A stretch of DNA of 31,458 nucleotides from an uncultured bacterium (GTDB lineage: Bacteria; Krumholzibacteriota; Krumholzibacteriia; Krumholzibacteriales; Krumholzibacteriaceae). The translations under genes and the position numbers were made by a program. Location: NCBI GenBank assembly GCA_965369375.1, contig CBDUQN010000031.1, positions 1-31,458 on the forward strand, written 5' to 3'. Within the stretch, counting starts at the first letter, position 1. Every line of letters begins with the position of its first letter. Under the pieces are notes generated by a model. It ran no database searches and had not been told where the DNA came from. It saw only the letters and a list, made by a program, of their open reading frames with translations. Of this stretch, positions 9,596-18,251 are shown piece after piece.

Positions 9596-10288
9596 CTAGA
9601 AACCGTACCCGAGCATGATCGTGAGACAATGATGCTTCATATCGGGTTCATCGCTACCTGTAGGAGCTTCAAAAATGTTCTGCAAACCAAGCATATACCG
9701 GACATCAAAGACCAGCAGGCCGCCGTTGCTCAGCTCGTAATCGAGACCGCCGCCGAAAACGAACCCCCAGTCGACGGATCTCGCCCTGTTGAGCATTGCG
9801 TTCCAATTTTCTTTTATATCATCCATAAGATCCGGATCCGGATCTGGATCCATATCCCACCCGTCACCGATCTTGAAGCCGACATACGGTCCGAGAAAGA
9901 GGGCCGGCTTCACGGCCGATTCCGTCGGAATCGTTATCCGTGCAAGTACCGGAATATCGATGTAATAGAGCTTTGTCTGGATATCTATCTCTTTATCGAC
10001 ACCACCCGGAACCGATACGATGTAGCCTTTCCAGTACCACAGCGCTTCCGGCTGGATTGTGAAATACGGATTTATCTTGTAGTACATGAATACGCCGGCG
10101 GCGGCGCCGTACGCCCAATTCACATCTCCAAAATCGTCCCAAACGTCCTGGTAGCTTCCCCAGATGTTCATCATATTCAAGCCACCCTTGATGCCGAAGC
10201 GCATCGGCTTCTCTTCCTGAGCAAAGGCCGGAAACGCAACAAGGGCAATGAGCGCTAGCACGGTCGCCATCAATAGTACTCTTTTCAT
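9596..10288 (-). CDS. Outer membrane beta-barrel protein (OmpW / OMP_b-brl-like porin family).
   Basis: MKRVLLMATVLALIALVAFPAFAQEE is a signal peptide. Alternating amphipathic beta-strands run through the protein. The C-terminus MLGYGF ends in the aromatic residue typical of Bam substrates. An Asp-Pro run (DPDPDPD) sits in a loop. Confidence 0.8.
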   Translation of the reverse strand: MKRVLLMATVLALIALVAFPAFAQEEKPMRFGIKGGLNMMNIWGSYQDVWDDFGDVNWAYGAAAGVFMYYKINPYFTIQPEALWYWKGYIVSVPGGVDKEIDIQTKLYYIDIPVLARITIPTESAVKPALFLGPYVGFKIGDGWDMDPDPDPDLMDDIKENWNAMLNRARSVDWGFVFGGGLDYELSNGGLLVFDVRYMLGLQNIFEAPTGSDEPDMKHHCLTIMLGYGF

Positions 10289-10628
10289 TTCACTCCTCCA
10301 TGCAGCAATGGTTCTTCGTTACACACCGCGTGATTCGATTCACATGAAACCCGGCGCACGGCGCCACGAACATTCAGACACATCACCTCCTTCTCATTCC
10401 CGAATGCTCTTCATTGCAAATACACCTAGAGGTATACGATTATCACCAAACCGACCGTCATGATGAGCAAACCGCCAGCTTTGTTGTCATGTCGGATAGT
10501 TGAAATCGACGATATCAGCAACGTATATATTGTCAAAGGGAAATTTGAAAAAACATAGCATGCTTTTATAACATGCTATTAATCAATAAAATGCTGCGCT
10601 GCACGCATTGGTTTCTGTGCGCACTGCG

Positions 10629-10658
10629 AGGGAGGACCGGCACAGACGCCTCCTCCCT
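10629..10658 (-). terminator. GC-rich hairpin about 33 nt downstream of the T9SS cargo gene stop. It has no clear U-tract.
   Basis: AGGGAGGA, a 14-nt loop, then TCCTCCCT: an 8-bp GC-rich inverted repeat. Confidence 0.3.
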
Positions 10659-10690
10659 GATTTACTATAAGAATCATCAGGAATGTCACA

Positions 10691-12862
10691 TCAGCGGATC
10701 TTGAGCATTTTCCTCGTCAGCGAAATGGAACCCGTCCGCATTGTGCAAAAGTAAACTCCCGAAGCGACCGGATATCCATCGGCATCCTTCCCGTCCCACG
10801 TCACGGTGTGACTTTCGGCGGTTCTTCCGGAAAGGAGTTCGCACACCTTTCTACCGGCAGCATCGAAGATCGAGAGGGTTATTTCCTGCTCTTCGGGTAG
10901 CGTGAGCGTTATCACCGTCGATGCTTCAAACGGATTCGGCGCATTGGTCAGAACGCTCACCGGCGGCATATGCGGCTCACACCCCGTGCTGATTCCGAGA
11001 ACCGAGGTAAGCTCCCCAGGATCTTTACGTCCGTAGAGGTCGGGACGATCCGTCGAGAAACTCCCGTGCTTCATGAAGTGCAGATTGTAGTAACTTAGAC
11101 TGGCGCACCCGCCGCTCGATGGATCGTGGATATCCATCCACCCCATGTTGATAAATTCGCCGCACGTGAGGCACTGGTACATCCCGTACGTCTGGAAGTG
11201 TATGACGTACCGCCCGTCCGGCAGCGGTCCCTCGGGAAGGGTTTCGATGATCTGCGATAGAAAGATCGACAGGTCGGGTCCGTCCGGCACTCCGTCATGG
11301 TCTGTGTCTTCGTCATACGGCTCATACCCGAGAGCGAGTTCCTCATCGTCTGTAAGACCGTCGTTGTCACTATCATTCCCGATAGGTATCCGGTGAGCGC
11401 CGCCGGTACCGTAGAGAACGGAAGAGAGAACGGTCGGAAGCGTGCGGCCCGCATGAAGATCACTGCTGTACCCGAGCCCCCCGTGTCCGAGGTAGTGAAG
11501 CGCGATGTATGGAAGATCGATCGATATATTTTCGAGCGGGTTTATCACCGTGATCCAGCCCATGTTCATCGTCTCGCCGCATACGTCACATGTCTCCAGT
11601 CCTCGAAGCTTGTTCTCCGTGACGTACGGCCCGTCTTCGCGGGGCTCACGGGGCAGCATGCTCAGCGTCGCTACCAATCCCTCGACGACCTGGGGACCGT
11701 CCTCGAGAGAGTCGCCGTCCGTATCAGGATCGAGCGGATCGGTCAGAAGAAGCGGCTCTTCCCCGTTTTCGAGTTGATCATTGTCATCGTCGGAGAGCGC
11801 CGATACGAGAATATGAGGTGCATCGACGGGAGTCAGTATTCTTTTGAGCAGATCCACATCCACCCTTCCCGAATGTATGCTGCCGTCGTATCCGATGCTG
11901 CCGTGCTCCAGGTAGTGAAGCGCAATCTTGTGAACGACCGTCTCGAGCCCTCTCACGGGGTGTATGATCTGAAAAAATCCCATGCCGATCCACTGCCCGC
12001 AAACGGCGCACTGCTCGACGCCATCCATCGCCCAATCCACCTTGTAGGGACCATCCGGCAACGGTACGGTCGGCAGCGACTCGATGATTGAATACAGTCT
12101 CAGGCCTTCATCTACCCCGTCGGGAATGCCATTGCCGTCAGAATCGTTGAGCGACAGGGCACTGCCGATTACCATCTCCTCGGCGTACGACAACCCGTCA
12201 CCGTCAACGTCGTCCGGTGCGGGCAGCCTGTGCGGATCATCGTCGAGTGCTCCGGTGAATCCGGGCAGCAGAACAAGCGTTGCGAGAGAGGCAACCCAGG
12301 GCAGGGCCCTGCGCAGCCGCAGGGCGCGGGACCGCTCCGGTATCCGTGCATAACACCGTGAGGCGATATGATCGGGCACACAGCCGCCGAACATATGCAC
12401 GCATTCACGATATATCACCGTATATTCACGGAGAAGCGACCGGGTACTCATGCAATCGGGGCAGGCCCAGTGGAAGAGGATTCGCTGGTCGGCTCTCGGT
12501 ATGTTGTTGACTACATAGGGCTTTCGTATGAATTGCTCAACACAGCAGGAGGGATATCCGAAAAACCACCCCTCTTCTCGTACCACTACCGGCATATCAT
12601 TCAATCGCTTCCCATCGAACCTCTTTTTATACTCGTCAATGCGGCGATCGCTCTTTGAAAAAACCACACGCGGCAGGCGGCGGCCGAAAAGCGTCGAGCG
12701 GATGACGGGCGCAACTTCCAATCCGTACCCGTTGAGGAGGTCCGTTTCGCTCGGCGTCAGCGCGGCTTCCCATCGGCTCAGGGGTTTGAGTTTCGAGCGG
12801 GTAAGCAGAACAAGGTAGGCGAGCTCGAAGGGAAGGCACGTTAGATCTCTGAGACGACTCAT
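10691..12862 (-). CDS. Large secreted repeat protein with a T9SS C-terminal sorting domain. It has an N-terminal Cys-containing domain of unknown function, an internal hydrophobic segment, and three roughly 135-aa tandem repeats with Asp-rich Ca-binding-like loops.
   Basis: A strong RBS (GGAGG, 7-nt spacer) precedes the ATG at 12862 (MSRLRDL...). The ORF track extends it to 12901. The C-terminus ...LSIFDAAGRKVCELLSGRTAESHTVTWDGKDADGYPVASGVYFCTMRTGSISLTRKMLKIR is the T9SS CTD consensus. The three repeats share LPxxPLPDGxY...C-x2-CGE...MGW..I..P......Y.ALHYL.HG and are preceded by DxDxDG-type loops. Confidence 0.8.
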   Translation of the reverse strand: MSRLRDLTCLPFELAYLVLLTRSKLKPLSRWEAALTPSETDLLNGYGLEVAPVIRSTLFGRRLPRVVFSKSDRRIDEYKKRFDGKRLNDMPVVVREEGWFFGYPSCCVEQFIRKPYVVNNIPRADQRILFHWACPDCMSTRSLLREYTVIYRECVHMFGGCVPDHIASRCYARIPERSRALRLRRALPWVASLATLVLLPGFTGALDDDPHRLPAPDDVDGDGLSYAEEMVIGSALSLNDSDGNGIPDGVDEGLRLYSIIESLPTVPLPDGPYKVDWAMDGVEQCAVCGQWIGMGFFQIIHPVRGLETVVHKIALHYLEHGSIGYDGSIHSGRVDVDLLKRILTPVDAPHILVSALSDDDNDQLENGEEPLLLTDPLDPDTDGDSLEDGPQVVEGLVATLSMLPREPREDGPYVTENKLRGLETCDVCGETMNMGWITVINPLENISIDLPYIALHYLGHGGLGYSSDLHAGRTLPTVLSSVLYGTGGAHRIPIGNDSDNDGLTDDEELALGYEPYDEDTDHDGVPDGPDLSIFLSQIIETLPEGPLPDGRYVIHFQTYGMYQCLTCGEFINMGWMDIHDPSSGGCASLSYYNLHFMKHGSFSTDRPDLYGRKDPGELTSVLGISTGCEPHMPPVSVLTNAPNPFEASTVITLTLPEEQEITLSIFDAAGRKVCELLSGRTAESHTVTWDGKDADGYPVASGVYFCTMRTGSISLTRKMLKIR
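10984..12229 (-). repeat. Three diverged tandem coding repeats of about 400 nt (about 135 aa) inside the T9SS cargo gene.
   Basis: The repeats are R1 (aa 225-360), R2 (aa 370-500) and R3 (aa 505-640), aligned by eye. Conserved motifs: PDGPY / EDGPY / PDGRY; CAVCGQ / CDVCGE / CLTCGE; MGF / MGW / MGW; ALHYLEHG / ALHYLGHG / NLHFMKHG. Confidence 0.7.
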
Positions 12863-13043
12863 GATACTTCCTCCTTGCGTCTCCCGGACACACACATACA
12901 ATGCATGCCGTTACTCCGGCTGCATTGTCTTTCGACAACATCTATCGGGTCGGCGTTATGTGCAGCGTAATGTCCTCGTTGATCTTCCCTCTACACCTAT
13001 AATGTAATATCTTTTTTTCAATCGTCAAATGGAATATCAGGCG

Positions 13044-13427
13044 TTACAGACAGCCGAGAACCGCAAGTGAGCCTGCTGCAAAAAGGATCGCGATCAGCAT
13101 CGCTATGATCTTCGCAATTATATCGAAAATCCATACAAGCACAGCTTTTCCGAAGGACGTATCGAATGCTCCCTTGATGACGAATAGCGAGAGGAATAGA
13201 CCGATAATGAATCCGAACAGATTTCCGATAATGGGAAAGAAATCGAAGATGAAGGATATCACAAGGGTAACCGCCGAGGAACCGATCGCGGCGACAATCG
13301 CGCGGCCGAATGTGGACTTTTCGACATGTGCAATCTTTGCGGCGATCCACATGAAGAATCCGCCGATGATTACCATCAGGATAAAAGCGAATACCATACC
13401 CAGGCCGAATCCCATGAATATATCCAT
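13044..13427 (-). CDS. Small integral membrane protein of unknown function (four predicted TM helices).
   Basis: MDIFMGFGLGMVFAFILMVIIGGFFMWIAAKI... is hydrophobic throughout. GGGAGG lies 7 nt upstream of the second ATG at 13427; the ORF track start is 13433. Confidence 0.55.
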   Translation of the reverse strand: MDIFMGFGLGMVFAFILMVIIGGFFMWIAAKIAHVEKSTFGRAIVAAIGSSAVTLVISFIFDFFPIIGNLFGFIIGLFLSLFVIKGAFDTSFGKAVLVWIFDIIAKIIAMLIAILFAAGSLAVLGCL

Positions 13428-13528
13428 GTGCATACCTCCCTGATTCCTATAGGAACGGATTGCGACGGTTATTGTTTCAATAATTACTACAGGCCGGCAC
13501 CTGATTCATCCGGATCTTTCGCGCCGCT

Positions 13529-16198
13529 TCAGGGTCGCCGTCTCTTCGCACCCTCACCTTGTTCGAGAATGAAGTTTGATCTAAAGAGCGGATCTGCGGC
13601 CTGGAGTACCAGCAAGCGCAGCCTCTTCGGATAATCCGGATCTTTCGAGAGGAATTCTTCAACCGTTCTCACCGCTTCATCAGATGTATGATACCGCAAC
13701 GTGGCCTCGATCCAGTCCCTCGGAAAAAAAATGTTTCCGGTCCTGCGTATCTCTTCGAGAAGCTCCAGGCTCGGTTCGATATAATCCACCGCTGCTTCCA
13801 CCCTGAGGGGGTGATGCAGGTAGTACAGGGCCTCGAGAACCCATGGCTCGTGGCGCCTGTTTCCAACCTCGGACAACTCCCCGAAGAATGCATCTCTTTT
13901 ACCTTTATCGGCCGAAACGGCCCTTCGGACAAAGAGAAAGCGCGCCTTTAGCTCTTCATTTTCTATTCGTTCGTACTGATTATCCAGTATCTCATTCCAA
14001 CCGCCCGTCTCTCTCGCGGCGAGCTCGAGAGCTGCGGTGCAGTAATCTCTTTCGGAGAGAGTCAGACCCTCGATCTCACGTTCTCCCGACCAGATCTCCT
14101 TTACAAGACGTACCCCTTCTTCCGTCGAGACGATAGACTCGAATGCCTCGAAACATGCCGCCTTTGTCGACGCACAAGGCGAATTTTGCATCTTCTCGAT
14201 TAACAGTTCTTCGACCCCCGCAGCCAGCGCTTCTCGCTCCTCGTCGGCAATGAATTTCCAGAACGCCTCGGCGAGATAGCCGAGGAGGATCTGCAAGTTC
14301 AACTCCACCGTCTCCCGTTCGATCTCGGCGAGAAGCAACTGCAGGTACCGCAGAGGATCGCCGAAATGCTCTTCGAGGAGGTTATCCCTGAGAATCTGAA
14401 CGAATCGCGCCCGCTGAGCGGATGACTTAAATACGAGGTTCTCTGTGCCGAGCAGACGGACACTTTCTTTGTCGAGCTCGAAATAACCGAATCCGCGGCC
14501 GGTACCGTCCGGAAGCAGGAATACCTTCCCCCTCGCCGCATGATCAATAACGACAGAAGGGCCGACGAGATCGACGGGAATCACCGTTTGCTTCTTGCCC
14601 ATGTGATTGACAACAATATCGAACGCCTGCGGCCATACGAGGCCCCTCCCGAGAGGATCGCTCTGCGAAATTTCGAGACCACTGGGATTCCCATTCTTAT
14701 CGTAAATCCTCCGTATCGATATCGCGGGGCGCGCCCTTTCCATCACCCACGCCGTGCTCCATTCGACGAGGTCCACACCGGTCAGGGAATCGAGAATGCC
14801 AATGAGATCCTCCCACCGCGCATTGCCATAGCGATACGATTCCAAATACGTGGATAATCCTTCGCGCAGCCTATCCTCTCCCATCAATGCCTCGAGCTGG
14901 TTGAGCATCACCGGCGGTTTATGGTATATGATGTTCCCGTAGAGCGAACCTGCTTCGTTGAGGTTTGCCAACTCCTGCCGTATCGGGTGCGTGCCCCGCG
15001 TCCTCTCGACGTCATTGAGGGGATCGTAATGCGAAGCAACGAAGAGGAGCTCATGGCTCACGCCGGGGAAGGCGGAACGGATGATCCGGTCGGCCATGAA
15101 TTGCGCGAAAGCCTCCTTGAGCCAGACATCATCGAACCACGTCATCGTCACGAGATCGCCAAACCACATGTGCGCCGTTTCGTGGCTTATAACGGAAGCA
15201 CGCCGGAGGCGGTCGTGCTCGGTCGCACTCTCATCGAGCAGGAGACGTTCGGCCCGGTAGAGGATGGCGCCGGGATGCTCCATCCCGCTGTACGTGAAGG
15301 CAGGTATCACCACGATATCAAACTTGCCGAACGGATAGTCTATGCCCGTGTACTCCTCCATCCATCTGAGAGCCTCGGCGTGGAGATCGAAAATCGCCCC
15401 CGCGTTTCGAGTTACTTTCGCCGAATCCGGTTCGAGGTGGAACATCCTCATGTTACGTTCGCCGATTGCACCTTCTTCCACCAAGAACTTCCCCGCGGCA
15501 AAGGAAAAAAAGTAGGTGCTGAGCGGCTCGGTCGTTTCAAAGAGCACATTCTTGCGCGTCCCCTTCTCGTGAACACGGCTCTCGAGAATATCCGCGTTTG
15601 ATACCGCACGCCAATCATGGGGAATATCGAGCGCCAGGGCGTAACGGGCCTTGATGTCCGGCTGATCGAAACACGGAAAGGCGAAACGGGCGCGATCGGG
15701 AACGAAAAGGGTGTAGAGATAGTTCTCTTCCCTGTGGAGCGGCCCCTCGTCCGGAATGAAGAGAATTTCAAAAGTGTTTCTGCCCAGTTTAAGATTCCCG
15801 GGCTCGATAAGGATATGCTCGTTCTCGAACAGAAACGGAACCTCCCCGCCGCGAGTCCTGACCGACTCGACTTCCCTGCCGGCAAAATCTATCACCAACG
15901 GCCCACCGACGTAGTCGAGTTCGAACCGCAGCTCCGCCCGGCCCCGGATCTCTCTCCCCTGCTCTATGGAAAACCCCAGCGAATAGCGCACCTCCGAGAT
16001 TGTTCGGGACCGTTCCCGGGCGACAACGTGCGGCACTCCCTTTTCAATGGCGCTTTCAGCCCGTGCAGTAACCCTTGCGAAGCTTTCAGCCGGCGCGGGA
16101 GCTCTCACGGTGCATGCAGCCCCCGGCGCCTCCAGCGCTGGATAACAAACAAAAACCAAGGCGGTTACCATCACCATTGTCGCGGTACCGATACGCAT
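13529..16198 (-). CDS. Secreted M1 family zinc aminopeptidase (aminopeptidase N-like) with a large C-terminal helical domain.
   Basis: There is an N-terminal signal peptide. The exopeptidase motif is GMEHPG, and the zinc site is HETAHMWFGDLVT...WLKEAF (HExxH-x18-E). Confidence 0.88.
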   Translation of the reverse strand: MRIGTATMVMVTALVFVCYPALEAPGAACTVRAPAPAESFARVTARAESAIEKGVPHVVARERSRTISEVRYSLGFSIEQGREIRGRAELRFELDYVGGPLVIDFAGREVESVRTRGGEVPFLFENEHILIEPGNLKLGRNTFEILFIPDEGPLHREENYLYTLFVPDRARFAFPCFDQPDIKARYALALDIPHDWRAVSNADILESRVHEKGTRKNVLFETTEPLSTYFFSFAAGKFLVEEGAIGERNMRMFHLEPDSAKVTRNAGAIFDLHAEALRWMEEYTGIDYPFGKFDIVVIPAFTYSGMEHPGAILYRAERLLLDESATEHDRLRRASVISHETAHMWFGDLVTMTWFDDVWLKEAFAQFMADRIIRSAFPGVSHELLFVASHYDPLNDVERTRGTHPIRQELANLNEAGSLYGNIIYHKPPVMLNQLEALMGEDRLREGLSTYLESYRYGNARWEDLIGILDSLTGVDLVEWSTAWVMERARPAISIRRIYDKNGNPSGLEISQSDPLGRGLVWPQAFDIVVNHMGKKQTVIPVDLVGPSVVIDHAARGKVFLLPDGTGRGFGYFELDKESVRLLGTENLVFKSSAQRARFVQILRDNLLEEHFGDPLRYLQLLLAEIERETVELNLQILLGYLAEAFWKFIADEEREALAAGVEELLIEKMQNSPCASTKAACFEAFESIVSTEEGVRLVKEIWSGEREIEGLTLSERDYCTAALELAARETGGWNEILDNQYERIENEELKARFLFVRRAVSADKGKRDAFFGELSEVGNRRHEPWVLEALYYLHHPLRVEAAVDYIEPSLELLEEIRRTGNIFFPRDWIEATLRYHTSDEAVRTVEEFLSKDPDYPKRLRLLVLQAADPLFRSNFILEQGEGAKRRRP

Positions 16199-16304
16199 GG
16201 CGCCCCTTTCAAGACGTTGGGATAAAAGTCACCCGATTCGAGCCCGTCTCACTTCGCTGATAGTGTAGCGGTACAGGATTCCCATATCCAGAAACATTTC
16301 ACAT

Positions 16305-16320
16305 TGGCATTTAGTTTGCT
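16305..16320 (+). promoter_or_regulatory. Sigma-54 (RpoN) type -24/-12 promoter candidate, about 95 nt upstream of the SPFH operon.
   Basis: TGGCAT-ttagt-TTGCT matches the consensus TGGCAC-N5-TTGCW at 14 of 16 positions. The invariant GG and GC are present and correctly spaced. It is oriented toward the + strand operon that starts at 16415. Confidence 0.5.
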
Positions 16321-16414
16321 GTTCACTGGATTGGATAATTTACCTGCAAGAATTTCAATCATTTGCATCTAGAGGTACGTGCACAAATCGAAGAGGTAAG
16401 ACTGGAGGCCGAAT

Positions 16415-17560
16415 ATGTCACAATTCATGGAAGTGTTGGAGTGGTTTGACCTTACAGGAGAAGAGATCGTCCACAGGATTCCGCCGGAAGGCTCCGCCGA
16501 GATCAAGATGGGCGCCCAGCTCGTGGTGCGTGATAATCAGTCAGCGGTCTTCTTCAAGGACGGCAAAGGGCTCGATATATTTTGCCCCGGCCGCCACACG
16601 CTCACCACGAAGAATCTCCCGATCCTGACAAAGATGCTCGCCCTTCCATGGGGTTACAAGAGCCCCTTCCGGACCGAGGTCTACTTCGTGAACCTGAAAA
16701 CGTTCCTCAACCAGAAGTGGGGAACAAAGGATCCCGTGGCGTTCAAGGACAGCAAGCTCGGCCTGGTGAGGCTGCGCGCATTCGGAATCTACACTCTGAA
16801 AATCACCGAGCCGGTTCTTTTTATCAATACCGTCGTCGGAACGCAGGGCGTATACACGAGTGAAATGATCGGCAACTATCTGAGAGACGTCATTGTCGCC
16901 AGGATCAACGATCTTTTCGGCGAGAAGCTCGATTCCATATTCGAGCTCCCGCAGTTCTACGACGAACTCGCTATCGAGATCAAGGAACGGCTCGTCAACG
17001 ACTTCGAAAAATACGGAATGGAGCTTATCGATTTCTTTATAAATTCGATCACTCCCCCAGCCGAAGTTCAGAAGATGATCGACGAGAGAAGCGGCCTTCA
17101 GGCCGTCGGCGACCTCGACCGCTTTTTCAAGTTCAAAGCCGCCAAGGCGATGGGTGATGCGGCATCGAGCGGCGGCGCGGGAGGCGCAGGCGCGGCTGCC
17201 GCCGGCGGCATGGGCATCGGGGTGGGCGCCGGACTCGGCATGATGATCCCCGGCATGCTCGCCCAGACCATACAGGGCGGAAGTACCACGACCAAGGAAC
17301 AGTTGCAGTGTCCCAAGTGCCACAACGAAGTTGCGCCCGATTCCCGCTTCTGCAAGAACTGCGGCACGCAGCTCGTTGTCATGAACCGGTGCCCCGAGTG
17401 CCAGACCGAGCTTCCCGCGGAGGCAAGGTTCTGCTCCAGCTGCGGGAAGAAGCTCGGTGAAACCCTCAGCTGTCCGCATTGCGACACGAAGCTTCCTCCC
17501 GGAACGAAATTCTGCACGAGCTGCGGGGAGAAAGTGGAAAAAGAGGACGATGCAGGTTAG
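16415..17560 (+). CDS. SPFH/Band-7 family protein of the YdjI-like subgroup (Band_7_1), with a Gly/Ala-rich linker and three tandem C-terminal zinc-ribbon motifs.
   Basis: GGAGG lies 6 nt before the ATG. The N-terminal 240 aa match my recollection of B. subtilis YdjI ([67 protein letters not shown]). [24 protein letters not shown] linker follows. The three zinc ribbons are CPKC...CKNC, CPEC...CSSC and CPHC...CTSC. Confidence 0.85.
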   Translation: MSQFMEVLEWFDLTGEEIVHRIPPEGSAEIKMGAQLVVRDNQSAVFFKDGKGLDIFCPGRHTLTTKNLPILTKMLALPWGYKSPFRTEVYFVNLKTFLNQKWGTKDPVAFKDSKLGLVRLRAFGIYTLKITEPVLFINTVVGTQGVYTSEMIGNYLRDVIVARINDLFGEKLDSIFELPQFYDELAIEIKERLVNDFEKYGMELIDFFINSITPPAEVQKMIDERSGLQAVGDLDRFFKFKAAKAMGDAASSGGAGGAGAAAAGGMGIGVGAGLGMMIPGMLAQTIQGGSTTTKEQLQCPKCHNEVAPDSRFCKNCGTQLVVMNRCPECQTELPAEARFCSSCGKKLGETLSCPHCDTKLPPGTKFCTSCGEKVEKEDDAG

Positions 17561-18251
17561 ATGTAGCCTCTGCGGCGGGGAAAACAATATCCATCCGGGG
17601 CAGGAGATGCTCTTCTGCTCCTACTGCGGCTCCGCACTCGCGCTGAAAGATAAGGCCGGTCCCGAACATCTGATTCTTCCCCACAAGCGAAACGACAAAT
17701 CGGCTGTGGAAGCGCTCGGCTCCTTTTTCCTGAGCAGAAACAGGGCCCATCCGCGGGAAATGGAAGCGGAATTCTCCTACGTTCCCTACCTGGTGATTGA
17801 GGGCGAAAACGAGCGTACCGTTACGATCCCAGCCCTCAAGAATTCCGTGCTCTTCGATCCGATCCCCTTTCCGCCCGCGGGAAGTTATCGTTTCTTCGAT
17901 GAGAAATTCGCCGAAAACGAGAAGATCCAGAAGATCGAAAAAACCGAGGACGGTGTCCTGCGCATCCTGCACCTCCCCGTCTACCTGGTTCGCTATAAGT
18001 CGGGGAAATGGAGCGGCACCGCGATGGTTATCGGAGAGAGCTGGCAGGTGGTCACCGACGATCTCCCGCCGGAGCGGGCCGTCTCGCTCGATATGCCGCG
18101 CATCCTTGCCGCATTCGGCCTCTTCGTCGTGTTTCTATTCCTCGGCAGAGCCGTTTCGAGCTGGTCGGCACGCCTCTTTCTCCTGTTCGGTGCTTCAGCG
18201 TTCGGTTTCGCCATATTGAGCCTGCGTGACAAGTTGGTGAAGAAGACATGA
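17550..18251 (+). CDS. Zinc-ribbon membrane protein: an N-terminal C4 ribbon and a C-terminal two-helix TM hairpin. It is a paralog of the next two genes.
   Basis: The ATG at 17550 overlaps the upstream stop by 11 nt, consistent with translational coupling. The protein begins [32 protein letters not shown]. The C-terminal hydrophobic stretch is [15 protein letters not shown]...[17 protein letters not shown]. Confidence 0.7.
   Translation: MQVRCSLCGGENNIHPGQEMLFCSYCGSALALKDKAGPEHLILPHKRNDKSAVEALGSFFLSRNRAHPREMEAEFSYVPYLVIEGENERTVTIPALKNSVLFDPIPFPPAGSYRFFDEKFAENEKIQKIEKTEDGVLRILHLPVYLVRYKSGKWSGTAMVIGESWQVVTDDLPPERAVSLDMPRILAAFGLFVVFLFLGRAVSSWSARLFLLFGASAFGFAILSLRDKLVKKT

Noticed and set aside
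9164-10258. A 364-aa + strand ORF overlapping the PAS-protein and OMP genes.
   Set aside because: It is antisense to two well-supported genes, has a low-complexity Ser/Arg-rich translation and no RBS.
11297-12091. A 264-aa + strand ORF inside the T9SS cargo gene.
   Set aside because: It is an antisense shadow with no domains. The - strand gene has a strong RBS and the CTD.
14921-15601. A 226-aa + strand ORF inside the M1 aminopeptidase gene.
   Set aside because: It is an antisense shadow. The M1 motifs GMEHPG and HExxH-x18-E are on the - strand.
16541-17587. A 348-aa - strand ORF opposite the SPFH gene.
   Set aside because: It is an antisense shadow of a gene with unmistakable Band-7 homology.
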